NCBI GenBank assembly: GCA_040403075.1
Contig: JBBALJ010000001.1
Span: 18,731 to 82,730 of the forward strand
Length of the DNA stretch: 64,000 nucleotides
Reading direction: 5' to 3'
Origin: Bacteroidia bacterium
GTDB taxonomy: Bacteria; Bacteroidota; Bacteroidia; UKL13-3
This document shows, piece after piece, positions 63,373 to 64,000 of this stretch. Numbering within the stretch: position 1 is the stretch's first letter; each line of letters begins with the position of its first letter. Position numbers and translations under genes: made by a program. The notes under the pieces are model-generated. The model was not told the origin of the DNA. It saw nothing but the letters and a program-made list of their open reading frames with translations, and made no database searches.

Positions 63373-64000
63373 TTATAGTTTTTCTAAAATAAATCGGGTC
63401 ATTCTTTCATAAAGGTGCAATCTGGTTTTACTTCCTCCAATGCCATGGTTCTTGTTTGGATAAAACTCTGAATCATATTTTACACTTTTCTTAATCATGG
63501 CATCTAACATTTCTAAGGTATTTTGAAAATGCACATTATCATCTGCTGTACCATGAATGATTAAGTAATTTCCTTTTATTTTCTCAACATGGTTAATGGG
63601 TGAGTTGCTATCATAACTTTCACCATTCTCTTGAGGTGTGCGCATATAACGTTCGGTATAAATATTATCATAATACCTCCAATTGGTAACGGGTGCTACG
63701 GAAATGGCCGATTTAAACACCTCCGCACCTTTGCTGATGGCCAATCCAGCCATGTATCCTCCAAAGCTCCAACCCCAAAATCCTATGCGACTTGCATCCA
63801 CATATTGCATTTTAGCCAATTCTTTCGCAACATAAATTTGATCTTCAATCTCAAATTTACCCAATTGTTTGTAGGTACATTTCTTAAATTCTTCGCCTTT
63901 GAAACCAGTACCTCTTCCATCTACACAAACTACTATATATCCCTTTTGAGCCAACATCTGATACCAGAAATAATTGCTTCCCATCCAACGGTCAACAGCC
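63373..64000 (-). CDS. S9-family serine peptidase, dipeptidyl-peptidase IV-like (C-terminal catalytic domain; N-terminus off the right edge)
   Basis: GFWGWSFGGYMAG (GxSxGG nucleophile elbow), HGTADDNVHFQN (Asp) and NHGIGG (His). The frame stays open upstream of the track Met (…AVDRW-MGSNYF…) to the window edge. Confidence 0.85.
   Translation of the reverse strand, partial: AVDRWMGSNYFWYQMLAQKGYIVVCVDGRGTGFKGEEFKKCTYKQLGKFEIEDQIYVAKELAKMQYVDASRIGFWGWSFGGYMAGLAISKGAEVFKSAISVAPVTNWRYYDNIYTERYMRTPQENGESYDSNSPINHVEKIKGNYLIIHGTADDNVHFQNTLEMLDAMIKKSVKYDSEFYPNKNHGIGGSKTRLHLYERMTRFILEKL

Noticed and set aside
1-64000. Search for tRNA/rRNA genes, transposases, integrases, prophage or defence-system genes
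   Set aside because: None of the intergenic gaps is long enough or has tRNA-like structure by eye. No ORF shows DDE transposase, tyrosine/serine recombinase, or known defence-system motifs. The only mobile-element-like content is the GIY-YIG cassette.

Overview
AT-rich Bacteroidota-type chromosomal window, probably Flavobacteriia-like. This is suggested by the XrtF exosortase, a UpxY/NusG-like antiterminator, TAnnTTTG-type promoter boxes and tightly coupled genes without obvious Shine-Dalgarno sites. Left flank (1-8060): secA (start at 2801; the 3' end runs off the left edge), a small outer-membrane (OM) beta-barrel, proS, and a divergent pair made of an Asn/Tyr/Gly-rich lipoprotein and a FadL/PorV-like OM barrel. 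Core (8081-59016): 51 consecutive minus-strand ORFs form one very large surface-polysaccharide (capsule/O-antigen) locus. Transcription would run from a UpxY-like antiterminator (58498-59016) through Wza, Wzc and six recognisable nucleotide-sugar pathways: UDP-GalNAcA-type, GDP-L-fucose, CMP-legionaminic-acid-type, UDP-L-FucNAc, 2,3-diacetamido-hexuronic acid, and bacillosamine-type. It also encodes Wzx, Wzy, four GT4 glycosyltransferases, a candidate nonulosonic-acid transferase, an initiating phosphoglycosyltransferase, an acetamidino (WbuXYZ-like) module, three ATP-grasp ligases, two CE4-like deacetylase paralogs and a PLP-enzyme/HAD/amidoligase trio. The least conventional content is two separate mini-exosortase + 4-TM partner cassettes (one XrtF-like, one divergent) inside sugar-nucleotide sub-operons. 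Also unusual are an LhgO (L-2-hydroxyglutarate oxidase) homolog next to a truncated dehydratase gene, and a GIY-YIG gene bracketed by a hairpin-forming intergenic repeat family that splits fcl from gmd. Right flank (59264-64000): two tandem POT peptide transporters, a DUF4197-like lipoprotein and a partial S9 dipeptidyl-peptidase. I saw no rRNA, tRNA, CRISPR, transposase or integrase. All calls come from reading the translations and the DNA by eye. No database search was run.
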